From the human T2T-CHM13v2.0 reference genome, Homo sapiens, in assembly GCF_009914755.1 (NCBI RefSeq), contig NC_060931.1: DNA of 64,000 nt; one strand, given 5' to 3'. The position numbers were made by a program, and so were the translations under genes. The notes under the pieces were generated by a model. That model was not told the origin of the DNA. It did not search any database and worked only from the letters and a program-made list of their open reading frames with translations. Shown here piece after piece: positions 1 through 12,700 of the stretch (position 1 is the stretch's first letter; every line of letters begins with the position of its first letter).

Positions 1-437
1 ACTTAAGGGTGTATGACCACTGCTTGAACCTTAATGGCTAAGTAGTGAGTCAAGGACACGGTGCCCAGCCAAGAAGCAGGTATCCTTGATGGCCAAGTGG
101 TGAGTCAACGCCATGGTGTCCAGCTGAGGAGCAGGTGTCCTTGAGTACCCAAACATCCCAGAGAATACCTGAGAACCTATCAAGGAAAACAGTCCCATCA
201 TGCACACACAGTAGGCAAAGAGCCAGAAAATTAGCTTAAAAGCAGCTTAGAGATGGAAAGCAGGGCAGGTCTCTAAAGGTGTCCTCTGCTATCTAGGAGT
301 GTCTCATATGTAAGTCCTAATAAACTTATCCACTGGCCAAGCTGGACTTGTCTGAGTCATTCTTTGGTCTCTTGGCTCCCTCCTAGTTTGGGGGAAAGGT
401 TTTTTTAAAAATATGATTCTGGATTTTTCTTGTTACA
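1..437 (+). mobile_element. 5' LTR of class III endogenous retrovirus (start lies outside the window)
   Basis: Direct-repeat homology with 5680-6085 (ccaaggaaaacagYcccatca, gtcctaataaact, ctggacttgtctgagtcat); AATAAA at ~319; ends in TGTTACA just before a PBS-like TGG. Confidence 0.85.
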
Positions 438-439
438 AT

Positions 440-457
440 TGGCATCACAAATGGGGT
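440..457 (+). promoter_or_regulatory. Degenerate primer-binding site, possibly tRNA-Ser
   Basis: TGGCATCACAAATGGGGT 2 nt after the LTR end; 13/18 match to TGGCGTCACGAACAGGAT (tRNA-Ser PBS as I recall it), two of the differences being CpG decay. Confidence 0.5.
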
Positions 458-756
458 CAGAGAGACCAAACTTCGAGCCAGGAATGAGTGTCTATGGTGG
501 GGAATCCCTGGGCAGTCGGCAATGTCCATGTGGAGTGGAGTTGCCCAACTGCACAACTTTTGTGGGCCACTGCATGAGTACAGGGATGCTTGGAAAACAT
601 GGGCAAGGACTGAATACCTATTGCCAAGAAGCCAAGATATTAAAGTATGATAATGATAGTAAATGTGGTGTTATTGCAATAAGGCTGGCTAATCACAAAT
701 CATTAGAGCAGGAAAGGGAGAAAGGGTAGAAACTCCAGCAGAAGCTAAAAGGCATG

Positions 757-2015
757 GTTTTCTAATCCTCCAGCTGGTTACATATTATGGCCCTTTCTTG
801 TGTACATTTTAAAACTGACGGGCAAATTACAACAAGAAAAATTCAGAGCTCAAATGTTTAATCTACAACTATAGAGTTAAGTAGAGTCTTCTAAAGCTCT
901 CTATTTCTCTTTCCTTTTCTGCCTGCTTTGAATCTACTGTTAATAAGTTACTGGTATTGAGATAAAACTCACTAATTCAAGGTCAATTTGAGATTTTTTT
1001 TTTCCTCATATGGTTCAGCCAGTTCTAGCTAAAATGTAAAGAATTAAACTCATTTGGAACTGAAAAAAAATGGATAAAGGAGGTTTTTAAAAATCAAACT
1101 GCCATAGAAACTGCTTTACCCAAATTATTGATCCACTGCTTTCCTTGGGTTACCTATTGGGGCAAATAAAGTTTAGCCATGTGAACAGGTCCCAATTTTA
1201 TCAAAAATAATCTGGATCCAGCTGTCTTTTATATAGTAATGAGTTTGTGAAGCTAGAATTCCAAAAGCTATTGGTAAAAGCTATCGGATCTTGCATGTAT
1301 ATGTATAAACATGTTTAAATGTGTTATGTGTATGTGCATGTATTATGCTATGTGTTATATCTAGCATGGTACCGAATAGCTTATAAGTAAATACGTACTC
1401 ATAAATTAAATAAGTCCAGATGCTCTTCAGGTTCACGTGAATTCAATAATCTTTGGTGAATAAGCTGGCTTCAAAATTTTTGATAAAATAAAAGTAGAAA
1501 TGTCTTCAAAAGTGTCAGCATACATTTTTGTCTGAGTTTCTTGATTAGATAAGTTGTATATTTGCCCCTCCTAGATAGTTTAAGGTGTCAGGTTTCTGAC
1601 ATGAAGGTTCTAAGACTATAAATCCACCCAAAACAGAATGATCTTTGTGTGATTTTTTTGATAAGCAAGATTAATTTGATATTGTCAGTTTAATTAAAAC
1701 AGCTGAATTTTCTGAGTTATTGGTAAAAATGCTTATGTCTTTAAGTTTCTTGATTAGACGAACATCTGATATTTATAAGCCATTAAAATGGTTAACAGGG
1801 AAATAACTCGTAATGATTATTAGCTTTGTCTAATAAGTCTAATGAGCTTTCGTTCTCATGAGTAATCCAGATAAACCACTAAAAATGAATAAATTCAGTA
1901 AATGTAAATGAGATAAACATAGGTAAAACTTTTTGTGTAGTTTAAAATCTTAAAATTATTTTAGCTACTCATTGAATGTCTGGGTCATTTCCAGTTTAGA
2001 AAGGGTTATGATATG
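757..2015 (+). mobile_element. AT-rich non-coding internal segment resembling MER4-group (class I ERV) internal sequence
   Basis: No ORF in track; motifs aaaattcagagctcaaatg, ttttctgcctgctttgaatct, gagataaaactcact, cagccagttctagctaaaatgtaaa recognised from MER4-group internals. Confidence 0.6.
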
Positions 2016-2139
2016 AGACATTGGTTGCAGTTCTTTTGCCATTTAGTGGAAAATGGAATCTATGATATGGGGGAAGCATTGGTGGATCTCAGTGGGCTGG
2101 ATAAGAGCAAGGACTAAATTCAGAAAGTAATCACTTGTC

Positions 2140-4560
2140 CCAGCACAGGCAGGCAGTGAATGTAAAACAATACTGCCTGCCAGGGGCACACTCTGAAATC
2201 ATCAGAACAATTTAGGCATTCCATAAGGTACAAATAGGCTGGCCCAGAGCCCCTGTAACAGCCCTGGGTAGCCTGTGAAGACACCAGATGGCACCTGCAA
2301 AATGTTGGCAGGCTACCATGAGCTAAACAAAGTGTTGCTCCCTGTATATGCAGCTGCTGAACTACTAGAACAAGTGGTCCTCAAGCTGGGAAATGTCCAT
2401 CCTGTGACTGACTTGTCTAATGGCTTTTCCAGTATCCCTTTAGCAGAAGATTCACAAGGTCAGTTTGTCTTCACTTAGGAGGGCCAACAATGGACTTTCC
2501 AGGTGCTAACACAAGGGTACCTGCACAGCTCCACCATCTGTCACAGCATGGTTGCATGGAACCTGTCTAGGCCCTGTTTGCCTGCCTCAATCTCCCTGTT
2601 TCACTATATTAATGATATCATGCTAACCTCAGAGTCTCTTACAGATCTGGAGACTGCTCTACAAACTGTCTTGGATACCCTAAAAGACAGGTGATGAGAA
2701 GTCAGCCCCCAAAAGATAAAGGAGCCTGGCATAACTGTCAAGTTCCTGAGAGTTACCTGGTAGGGTAAGACGTGAAACATAAGCTAGCACAGCAGCCTGT
2801 TCCCTAGATGGTAAACTAACACCAGGTGTTCTTAGGTTTACTGGGCTACTGGAGAATATTGATTCCTCATCTGGCACAAACCCTCTGCCCATTATACACC
2901 CTCATAAAGAAAAATAAACAATGGGACTGGACATACATGGAGCAAGAGGCATCTGACAAGACAAAAATATTGGTGAAACAAGTGCAAGCAATAGGGTCCC
3001 CACTGCCACAGCACCCTTTTGTGTTAGAATTCACTAAAGATGCCATGGGGATGATTTGGGGTTTGTGATAAAAGCAACCAATGTGAATGGTACCTGTAGG
3101 ATTTTGGTCTCAATTATGAAAGAGTGCAGGACCTACTGTATAGTCCTCGAGCAACAGCTGTTGGCCATGTATAGGGCATTGCATGAAGTGGAGGCCATCA
3201 CCAGGAAGCAGACTATCACACTAAAAACTGCCTACACCATAAAAGGATGAATGGAAGGCCTTGTAGCCAACACCATCTCTGGGGTAGCACAGTCACACAC
3301 CCTACAAAAATGGCACACCTATCTGCAACAGAGGGGTGTCTCATCCACTAGTCTTTTAAGTCAAGCACTACAGGAGGTGCTCAGACCCATCCACTTTGAA
3401 CAACTGGAGGGGTTTGACATGACAGTGGGGCCACCTACTACGCCAATCACTGTATATAAGGGGACCCTGCCCGTAACTGCTAGGACCTGCTACACTGGTG
3501 GGTTTAACAAAGGCAGCCAGCACCAATGGTCAACAGTTGTAGCGCAAATGAACCTTGATACCTTATGGATAGAATAGGGATTAGGACAAAACATTCAGTG
3601 GGTCAAGCTATGGGCAGTTTGGATACTCATCACCCACAAGCCCTGGTCACTAGTCACTTGGACAGAGTTAGGCTACATACAGAGGCCTTACCATGTGGAT
3701 CAATCAATGGACTGCAGAAAATCAACAGGTTTTGGGCAGGCCCATTTGGGGAATGTCCATGTGGCAGGATGTTCACCTCAGGTTACAAGAGAACGATGTG
3801 CATCTGATGGTGTATCAGGTAGATGCACACAGCCCCAAGTCACCTCCCAGAAATCATGAGGCAGACACCTTACTCATGTTCAGGCAATTTACCCTAGCCC
3901 ATTGGAGGAGGATGCCATGTGGATACCTCATAAGAGTGGCCACCAGTGGGTGGCTATAGGGTGGGTCATAGCAAAGGCAGCAGGCATCCCTTTCCAAATG
4001 CAGATGTTCTGGCAGCTGTTCAGAACTGTGAAATCTGTTCATGGCTGTGACCTAGAAAAATTCCCTCCACATCAGTTCACATACATCGAGCCATGCAATC
4101 TGTGTGAGAATGGCAAGTTGATTATATTGGACCCTTGCCTCAAAGTGGAGGGAAAAATATGCCTTAACTTGTGTGGGCACAACAACAAGGCTGCCACAGG
4201 TCTTCCTAGTAAAAAGTACCACTCAACTGGAGACTGCCAAGTGTCTCACTGATATTAGCGTCATGTATGGCATGCCAAGAAGGATAAATAGTGATCAAGG
4301 CCCCTATTTCATGGGCCATGATATCCAATACTGGGCATCAAAACAAAGTATACACTGGAGGTTTCCCTTACCATATAACCCAACAGGGACAGGCCTTATA
4401 GAAAAAAAGGATGTTCATTAAAAACCCAGTTACGTGCATTGTCTCAGGGTGGTTCTCTAAGGTCCTGGGCTAAGAATCTCCCTGAAGCTATACAAACTTT
4501 AAGTGAGTCACCAACGACCACCATGGTATCATTTCCTATGAATGGTTGGCAAGGCCTGTG
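2140..4560 (+). pseudogene. pol: Decayed retroviral pol (RT, RNase H, integrase), ERV-L/HERV-S-like
   Basis: ORF fragments: PDGTCKMLAGYHELNK, DLSNGFSSIPL, LTQGYLHSSTICH, HYIND (YIDD), FLGLLGYWR, YTGG (YTDG), VYQVDAH, WQVDYIGPLP at ~4110, INSDQG, PYNPTGTGLIEK; many stops and frameshifts. Confidence 0.93.
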
Positions 4561-5065
4561 AAACAGGTCCCACAAACTCTGAGGGATGCCTCTGAGACTC
4601 TGAGAAATGCTCCTGAAAAGATGGACAGGCTGTGCTCCTGAGAACACCAGTGGATCTGCTAAGAGGTGATAGCTATGTGGACCTGAAGTTGAGCTGGAAA
4701 GTGCCCCTATGCTGGACTGGTTTTATGGCACTGGAGAATGCCATGAAGACAGTTGGAGGGGAGGTCATCCCAGCTGTGCTCCTTGATGGAGGTCCGAGAG
4801 CCTTACAATGTCAACACATGGCAGCACCAATACCTCTGGAGCAGGCACCATGCAGATAGTGTGGGCAAGGCCAGAAGCTTAGCAATTGGATGCTTACCCA
4901 CTCCTAGGGAGAGAAGCTATGTGTGGTGCTGTAAGACAGACCTGAGACCCATAGTGGCCTCCCTGATAAGACCAATGAGAGAATATACAGCGCTAATAAT
5001 GTTATAAGGAGTGGATGTACCCATGAAAGTTCCTACTAAACATCTGTGTCTATGTCCACAGGCTG

Positions 5066-5591
5066 TTGTTACTGCTACCCACAGCAGCTGGTAATGTCTT
5101 TCTGGACTGGGCTGCGACTACAGCAACAATCAGCAACCAGTCTGATTGTTGCGTTTATGAATACCTTTCCCTAACAAATGATAATGATATGTCTTGGAAT
5201 AGTCTGCCTTTATCCCTACAGAATTGGAGTGACTGGTTCAGCAGCACTAATAATGCGACTCGGGTTCACTGGAGATTGCCTTCACTTGGAAGCCCAATTG
5301 CCAACTTGATGGTGATCCAACTACATGTTCCCTTATAGGCTCTGTTGTCCCTATATCCCTGATAAAGAGAATAATGTTACAGATACTTTAAATCATTTGT
5401 CAACTCAGATCTATGACATAAGTCATTCAGGTTTCTTTGACCTATTTTCAGATTGGTCACACATCTTACCTACTCATTGGAGTTATGTTTTGCCAAAAGG
5501 TGTTATAATTGTAGTTAGCTTCTGCTTTTTATGCTCTTGTGTACACTGTGGATGTGGCCTGTATGCACAAGCCATGGCTATACATTATTAG
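5066..5591 (+). pseudogene. env: Internally deleted env remnant (SU N-terminus joined to TM C-terminus)
   Basis: NVFLDWA...NQSDCCVYEYL (CWVC-type SU motif, degenerate), then CCPYIPD..NNVT, heptad-like stretch, hydrophobic anchor VIIVVSFCFLCSC; lies between pol and the PPT. Confidence 0.75.
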
Positions 5592-5679
5592 TATGTATAG
5601 TTCTTCCCGTCGTGCCCAGCTCAGGGACTCTCATGCAAGATTGGCAGCAAGAATGTATGAGTTTGTGGACAGGGTGGAT

Positions 5680-6085
5680 TTTAATGTGACAGGTCCTCCA
5701 CCATGTTACTTAAAGGATGTATGTCCACTGCTTGAACCATAAAGGTTGGACAGTGAGCCAAGACCATAGTGCCCAGCTGAGGGGCAGGTGTCCCTGAGAA
5801 CCCAAATATCCCAGAGAATATCTGAGAACCTACCAAGGAAAACAGCCCCATCACACACACACAGTAGGCAAAGAGCCAAAAAATTAACTTAAAAGCAGCT
5901 TAGAGATTGAAAGCAGGGCAGATCTCCAAAGCTGTCCTCTGGCGTCCAGGAGTGCCTCTTATGTGAGTCCTAATAAACTCATCTATTCACCAAACTGGAC
6001 TTGTCTGAGTCATGTTTTGATCTCTCGGTTCCAGCCCAGTTTAGGGGAAGGTTTCGTTTTGTTTTGTTTTTTAAATGATTTCTTC
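5680..6085 (+). mobile_element. 3' LTR of the same provirus
   Basis: Follows purine tract ggacagggtgga (~5667-5678); homologous to 1-437; last bases decayed so the end is approximate. Confidence 0.85.
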
Positions 6086-6279
6086 CAACCATGTCCTCCA
6101 GCATGGAGCTCTTAACACTGTGCAGTCACTCCCACAAATTCCCTAAAATGTAGAATGAAAAACGTACATGGCATACACTCTCCTGAAACTCACAACCAAC
6201 GTAGAGGTGTGCTGGGGAGTAGTGCTGGTTTATGAAATGTTCTTGAGATTCTAAGATGGGGTGGAGTTGTAGAAAGTTC

Positions 6280-6286
6280 TGTGTGT

Positions 6287-6318
<32 letters not shown>
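6280..6318. repeat. (TG)n microsatellite
   Basis: Visible TG run with one interruption. Confidence 0.95.
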
Positions 6319-6319
<1 letters not shown>

Positions 6320-7384
6320 GCGGGGAGGGACTAGTTAAAACAGGTAAGAAGTTGAGAAAGAGATATACTTTACTCTGAGCTTGTTTTTCCTAGACTTTTC
6401 AGACATATTATGAACCAGGAAAAGAGTCTGTAGCCTGGTTTGGGAGGGTGAAGGGGTTGCTATCTAAGAAAAGATATCTAAAGTCAACAGATTTTCTGGA
6501 GGAGATTGGCACTGGGACTACAACCTATCTCTAATTTTCAAATTGATATCTTTGGGCCTACGCATACAACTCTCTCCTGGAAACAATTTTTTTGTCTCTC
6601 CTCTAGACCCTTGAAATTTGTCAAAATTAAACTCCTCATATGCCTCCAGTCTTTCAAATTAATTCTGCTCTGCAGTTTTGTCTAAATACCTATGATACTT
6701 GTAACTTTTCTGTTGTGCTTGTTCTGTGTTTATTTTTGTCTTTTTTTCTGTGTTCTCTGATTTTGAGCATTTTACAATTCCATGTTCTCACCTCTCAACA
6801 TACCACTTGTCATCCAAAGAGCTTTTTATTTTAGTCTTTGAATTTTTTAGTTCTATAATTTTTATTTCTTTTTTACAGTTCTATTTCTTCAGTGAGATTT
6901 TACACTTTTAAAAACTCTGTTTCAAGAGTGTTCTTATTAAAATATTTTTATAGTTGCTGCTCTAAAATTCTTGTCCCATAATTTGATCATAGTCATAATA
7001 GAATCGTTGGGATGTATTGATTGTCTTTTCTTTCAAGTTCCAGGTATTTCATTTGTTAGTGAGGACGTGGAAGGGCTAAATTATCTTCTCTACTTATTAT
7101 GCCTGAATTTCAGTTCCCAGCCCTGTGTGGGAACTCTTCTTGCTCTTCAGGGGGTGATAATGGCTGCATACTGCTTCTTACCATAAGTTACAGGACCAAT
7201 CCACTTTGCTCCAAGGTTCCAAGGTTGGGACTCAGCACTCTTTTTGGAAATTCTACAAAACCTGTGTTCATCAGGAAATCTTAGCGGTATGCAGGTGAAG
7301 GGGAGCTCAGCTATTAAGATAAAACTTGCCTAAGAAATATTCCACTTTTAGCCAAGCGAAAATAAATATAGTATATTACACAGA

Positions 7385-7727
7385 CAGTCATGTGTCACTT
7401 AAAAATAGGAATATGTTCTGAGAAATGTGTTGTCAGGTGATTTTATTATTATGCAGGCATCATAGAATGGACTTACATAGACCTAGATGGTATAGCCTAC
7501 TACACACGTAGGCTGTATGGTATAGCCTATTGCTCCCAGGCTACAAACCTGTACAGCATGTTACTGTACTGCATATTGTAGACGATTGTAGCACAGTGAT
7601 ATTTGTGTGTTTAAACATATCTAAACACAGAAAAGGTACAGTAAAATATAATATTGTAATCTTATGGGGCCACTCTCATACATGCAGTCTGTTGTTGACC
7701 CGAATGTCCTTGTGTGGTACATAACTA
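7385..7727 (-). mobile_element. Tigger3a-like DNA transposon (TcMar-Tigger MITE)
   Basis: Decayed TIRs cagtcatg...cataacta; internal cctagatggtatagcctactacac, ggctacaaacctgtacagcatgttactgtactg. Confidence 0.85.
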
Positions 7728-7823
7728 TATGTAAAAATAACTCCCCAAACCTGTTCTTAATGTTTTAAAGATCCATCTAAAGTATCATGACTATATTTTA
7801 TTTTCACTGCTATCTAATATTTC

Positions 7824-8126
<303 letters not shown>

Positions 8127-8887
8127 ACAGCTGTCTAATATTTCAATGTGAATATCACGCAATTTGTTCATTATTTTCTTGGCAGATATTTGAGTTATTT
8201 ATAGTTTTGTGCTGTTTCGAAGAGTATTGCTGTAAATATATTTGTACCATGTACCCTGGAAAGTATTCTTGTGTATATATCTGCTGTGTGTGTGTATGTG
8301 TTTGTGTGTGCATTGGTGTATATCTGCAAGTATATCTCCGGGTGTATACCTCCAGAGTATATAATTAGGAGTGAAATTGTTGGGCTGTAGACAATGCAAA
8401 TGTTCACTTAAAAATCCTCCAGTAATCTGAGTTCTTCCAATATTGGATATTGTCAAACTTTTAATTTTTTTTCCAGATTGTCAAATATTTTGTTATGCTC
8501 TTAATTTTATTACTTTTGTTAATAATGATGATTAGCATCATTTCACCACCTCCTCCTCCTTTTACCAGTGGTTCCTTTAGAAAACACTTTTGCATGTCTT
8601 TTGAACATTTCGTATATTGAATTTCTAAAATATTGCTTTTTTGGACTTCTACAGATGCTCAAGATATTACTCTTTTGTCAGTTATATATATTTAAATATC
8701 TTCTTCAAGCTTGTGGCTTAATCTTCCCTTTGTGGTGTATTTTGATGAATGAGAGCACTTAACTTTAATATAATTTAATTTAACACAAATTATTCATCTT
8801 TGTTTGTGCTTATTGTGTATTGGCTCAGGTGAAAATATCCTTTATGACCTTAAGAGATAAGAAAGATATTCTAAACTTACTTCTACA

Positions 8888-9702
8888 GATCTGATAAACA
8901 ACTTCAGCAAAGTTTCAGGATACAAAATCAATAGCATTTCTGTACACCAACAATGTCCAAGCTGAAAACCAAATCAGTAATGAGATGTCATTCATAGTAG
9001 CCACAAAATAAATAAAATACCTAGGAATACAGCTAACCAGGGAGGTGAAAGATCTCTACAACTAGAATTACAAAATACTGCTAAGGAAATCAGATGACAC
9101 AAAGGGATGGTAAAACATTCCATGCTTATGGATTGGAAGAATCAATATCATTAAAATGGCTAACGATTTTAATGATATTGACCAAAGCAATTTAGAGAGT
9201 CAATGATATTTCCATCGAACTACCAACATTTTTTTAACAGAATAAGAAAAAAAAAAACTATTCTAAAATCAAAATAGAACCAAAAAAGAGCCCAAATAGC
9301 CCAAGCAATCCTAAGCAAAAAGAAGAAAGCTGGAGGCATTACATTACTCAACTTCAAAGTGTACTACAAGGCTACAGTAACCAAAATGACATAGTACTGG
9401 TACAAAAACAGGCACATAGATCAATGGAACAGGTCACAAAACCCAGAAATAAAGTGGCACATCTACAACCATCTGATCTTTGACAAAGGTGACAAAAGCA
9501 ATGGGAAAGGACTCCCTGTTCAATAAATGGTGCTAGAATAACTGGCTAGCAATATGCAGAAGATTCAAATTCAAACTGGACCCCTTCCCTTCACCATATA
9601 CAAAAATCAACTCAAGATGGATTGAAGACTTACATGTAAAACCTAAAATGAATAGAACTTTAAAAATATGATTCTGGAGATAGGACCTTGCAAAGATTTC
9701 AT
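8888..9702 (+). mobile_element. Older primate L1 ORF2 fragment (L1PB/L1PA13-16-like)
   Basis: ctgataaacaacttcagcaaagtttcaggatacaaaatcaat ... tacaaggctacagtaaccaaaa ... aaaaatcaactcaagatggatt. Confidence 0.85.
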
Positions 9703-12700
9703 CTTTGTTTGGCTCCATTGGGTATAGAGGTATTGTGATCTTTTGGGGGTGTTATAGAACCCGGTTTTGTCATACTACCAATATTATTTTTATGATTCCT
9801 TCTCATTTGGGTAGTCTATTTCTTCTAATTATTCTTGAATTTACTTTTGATTTGACTATGTTTTTTAAAATTTCCTTTTCCCCCTTAAGGCAGTGATTTT
9901 AATGTTTATAATTTATTATAGTCTAACTTGGCTCTTGGTGCTTTCAGAGTTGAAGACTATTACTTCCTTGGTTATAGAGTCTCTTTGATGGCTTTTTCAG
10001 GTGCTGGTTGTGGTAGCAATGTACTCAGTGTGTGAGCAAATTCACTGTTTTTTTATAGGGTTGGAATGGCAGAAGTCTCTTGAAGCTTTTCTCATTCCCC
10101 TATGGTGTGGACTTTATTTATTTATTTTTTTCCCCCGTATTTTATTTACTGGTTTGAATAGTTTAGGCTTTTAGGTCAGTAGGGGAGGTATCCTGTATTA
10201 GTCCATTTTCCACTATGAAGAAATACCCAAGACTATGTAACTTATAAAGAAAAGAGGTTTAATTGACTCACAGTTCTGCGTGACTGGGGAGGTCTCAGGA
10301 AACTTAGAAGGCACCTCTTCTCAGGGCAGCAGGAGAGAGAATGAGTGCAAGCAAGAGAAATGCCAGATGCTTATAAAACCATCAGATCTCATGAGAATCC
10401 TCATTATCATGAGAACAATATGTGAGAAACCACCCCAGTGATCCAATTACCTCCACGTGGTCCTGCCCTTGACACATGGGGATTATTACATTCAAGGTGA
10501 GATTTGGGTGGGGACAGAGAACCAAACCATAATATTCAGCCCCAGGCCTCTCCCAAATCTCATGTCCTCACATTTCAAAACACAATCATGTCTTTCCAAC
10601 TGTCCCCCAAAGTCTTAGCTCATTCCAGCATTAACCCAAAAGTCCGAGTCCAAAGTCTGATCTGAGACAAGGCAAGTCCCTTCCACCTTTGAGCCTGTAA
10701 AATAAAAAACAAGTTAGTTACTTCCTCGATCCAATAGGAGTACAGGCATTGGGTAAATAAACCAGTTCCAAATGGGAGAAATTGGCTAAAATAAAGAGAC
10801 TACAGGCACCATGCAAGTCAGAATTCCAATAGGGCAGTCATTGAACCTTAAAGTTCCAAAATGATCTCCTTTGACTCCATGTCTCAGGTCAAGGGCATGC
10901 TGATGCAAGAGATAGGCTCCCAAGGCCTTGGGCAGTTTGGCTCTGTGGCTTTGCAGGGCACAATCCCCATCCCAGCTGCTTTCATGGGCTGGCATTGAAT
11001 GTCTGCAGCTTTTCCAGGTGCACGGTGCAAGCTGTCAGTGGATCTACCATTCTGGAGTCTGGAGGGCAGTGGCCCTCTTCTCCCAGGCTCCACTAGGCAG
11101 TTCTTTAGTGTGGACTCTGAGTGGGGGCTCTGACCGCACATTTTCCTTCTGCATTGCCCTAGCGGAGGTTCTTCATGAGAGCTTCACCCCTACAGCAAAC
11201 TTCTGCCTGGACATCCAGGCATTTCCATACATCCTCTGAAATCTAGGCAGATGTTCCCAAACCTCAATTCTTGACTTCTGTGCACCCACAGGCCCAACAC
11301 CACATGAAAACTGCCAAGGCTTGGGGCTTGCACCCTCTGAAGCAACAGCTGGAGCTGTACATTGGCCTCTTTTAGCCATGAGTGGAGCTGAAGCAGATGG
11401 GACGTGGGGCACCATATCCTGAGGCTGCATAGAGGAGGGGGTCCCTAGGCCCAGCCCACAGAACCATTTTTCCCCCCTAGGCCTCCAAGCCTGTGATGGG
11501 AGGGGCTGCATGAAGGTCTCTGACATGCCCTGGAGACATTTTCCCCACTGTCTTGGTGATTAAACTCTTTCAACTTCTGCCCATTACCCAGTTCCAAAGT
11601 TGCTTCCACATAGCAATGTCCCACTCCAAGTACCAATTTACTCTATTAGTCCATTCTCATGCTGTTATGAAGAAATACCTGAGACTGGGTAATTTATTTA
11701 AAAAAGAGGTTTAATTGATTCACAGTTCTGCATGGCTGGCTGGGGAGGTCTCAGAAAACTTACAATCATGGCAGAAGGCACCTCTTCTCAGGGTGGCAGG
11801 AGAGAGAATGAGTGCAAGCAGGGGAAATGCCAGACACATATAAAACCACCAGATCTCATGAGATTCACTCATTATCACAAGAACATCATGGGTGGGACTT
11901 CCCCCATGATCCAATTACCTCCATCAAGTCCCACTCTTGACCTATGGGGATTATTCCAATTCAAGGTGAGATTTGGATGGGGACATAAAGCCAATCATAT
12001 GATTTCCCACAGGTAAAAACAGCTTTGTCCAAAGCAGATGGGTAAATGTACTACCCAATGGTGGGCAGAGGTCCTGGCCTTGATGGAGGTGGCTGGCAGA
12101 ACTCTGAGTAAAATGCACTGAAGTCTTATGAGAAGGAAGGACTAGAGCCACCTAATTTCCCCTAGAAGGCCAGCAGGAAAGCTATTCACCTCCTAGATAC
12201 ACTCCTGACCCAGTGTTCTAGCTATTCAGAACAGAGAAGCATCTCTTTTCATCTGTAGGAATGTTGATGTTCCAAGTATAGAGGAATTGTGACTCTGCAT
12301 CTTGTTCAGACCTATACCTGGAAGGTGCTCCTTCTGTGGGGATGCAGTCACCCTGAAATGTTCCAGAGAGGTTCTATAGGTGCATCCACACTGAGCTCCC
12401 ATGGGAAAAACTCCAGCTGTTTCTGCAGTGGTGGATGAGAGGGAAAAGAAGTCCCTTCTCCAAGATCCTTCACAAGCACCAAGGCTGCCTGACTGCTGTG
12501 GCATGGCTGCAGACTTTCCCTGCTGAACCCAGCACTCTGACTATGCTTTTGCTGAAATAAACGTCCCATTATTGAAAGATCTGGGACTTGAGGCCTGTCA
12601 TTTGACTGTTTTTGTCCCATGGGGTTTTCCCTTGATATGGTGCACTCCCACTTCCCATAGGAGTAGGGCTCCTTGAGAATTAGACTACTGTGAATGCTGT

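Noticed and set aside
430-729. 99-aa ORF after the 5' LTR as possible gag
   Set aside because: TTG start, spans the PBS, no recognisable gag motif; at most a leader or gag remnant.
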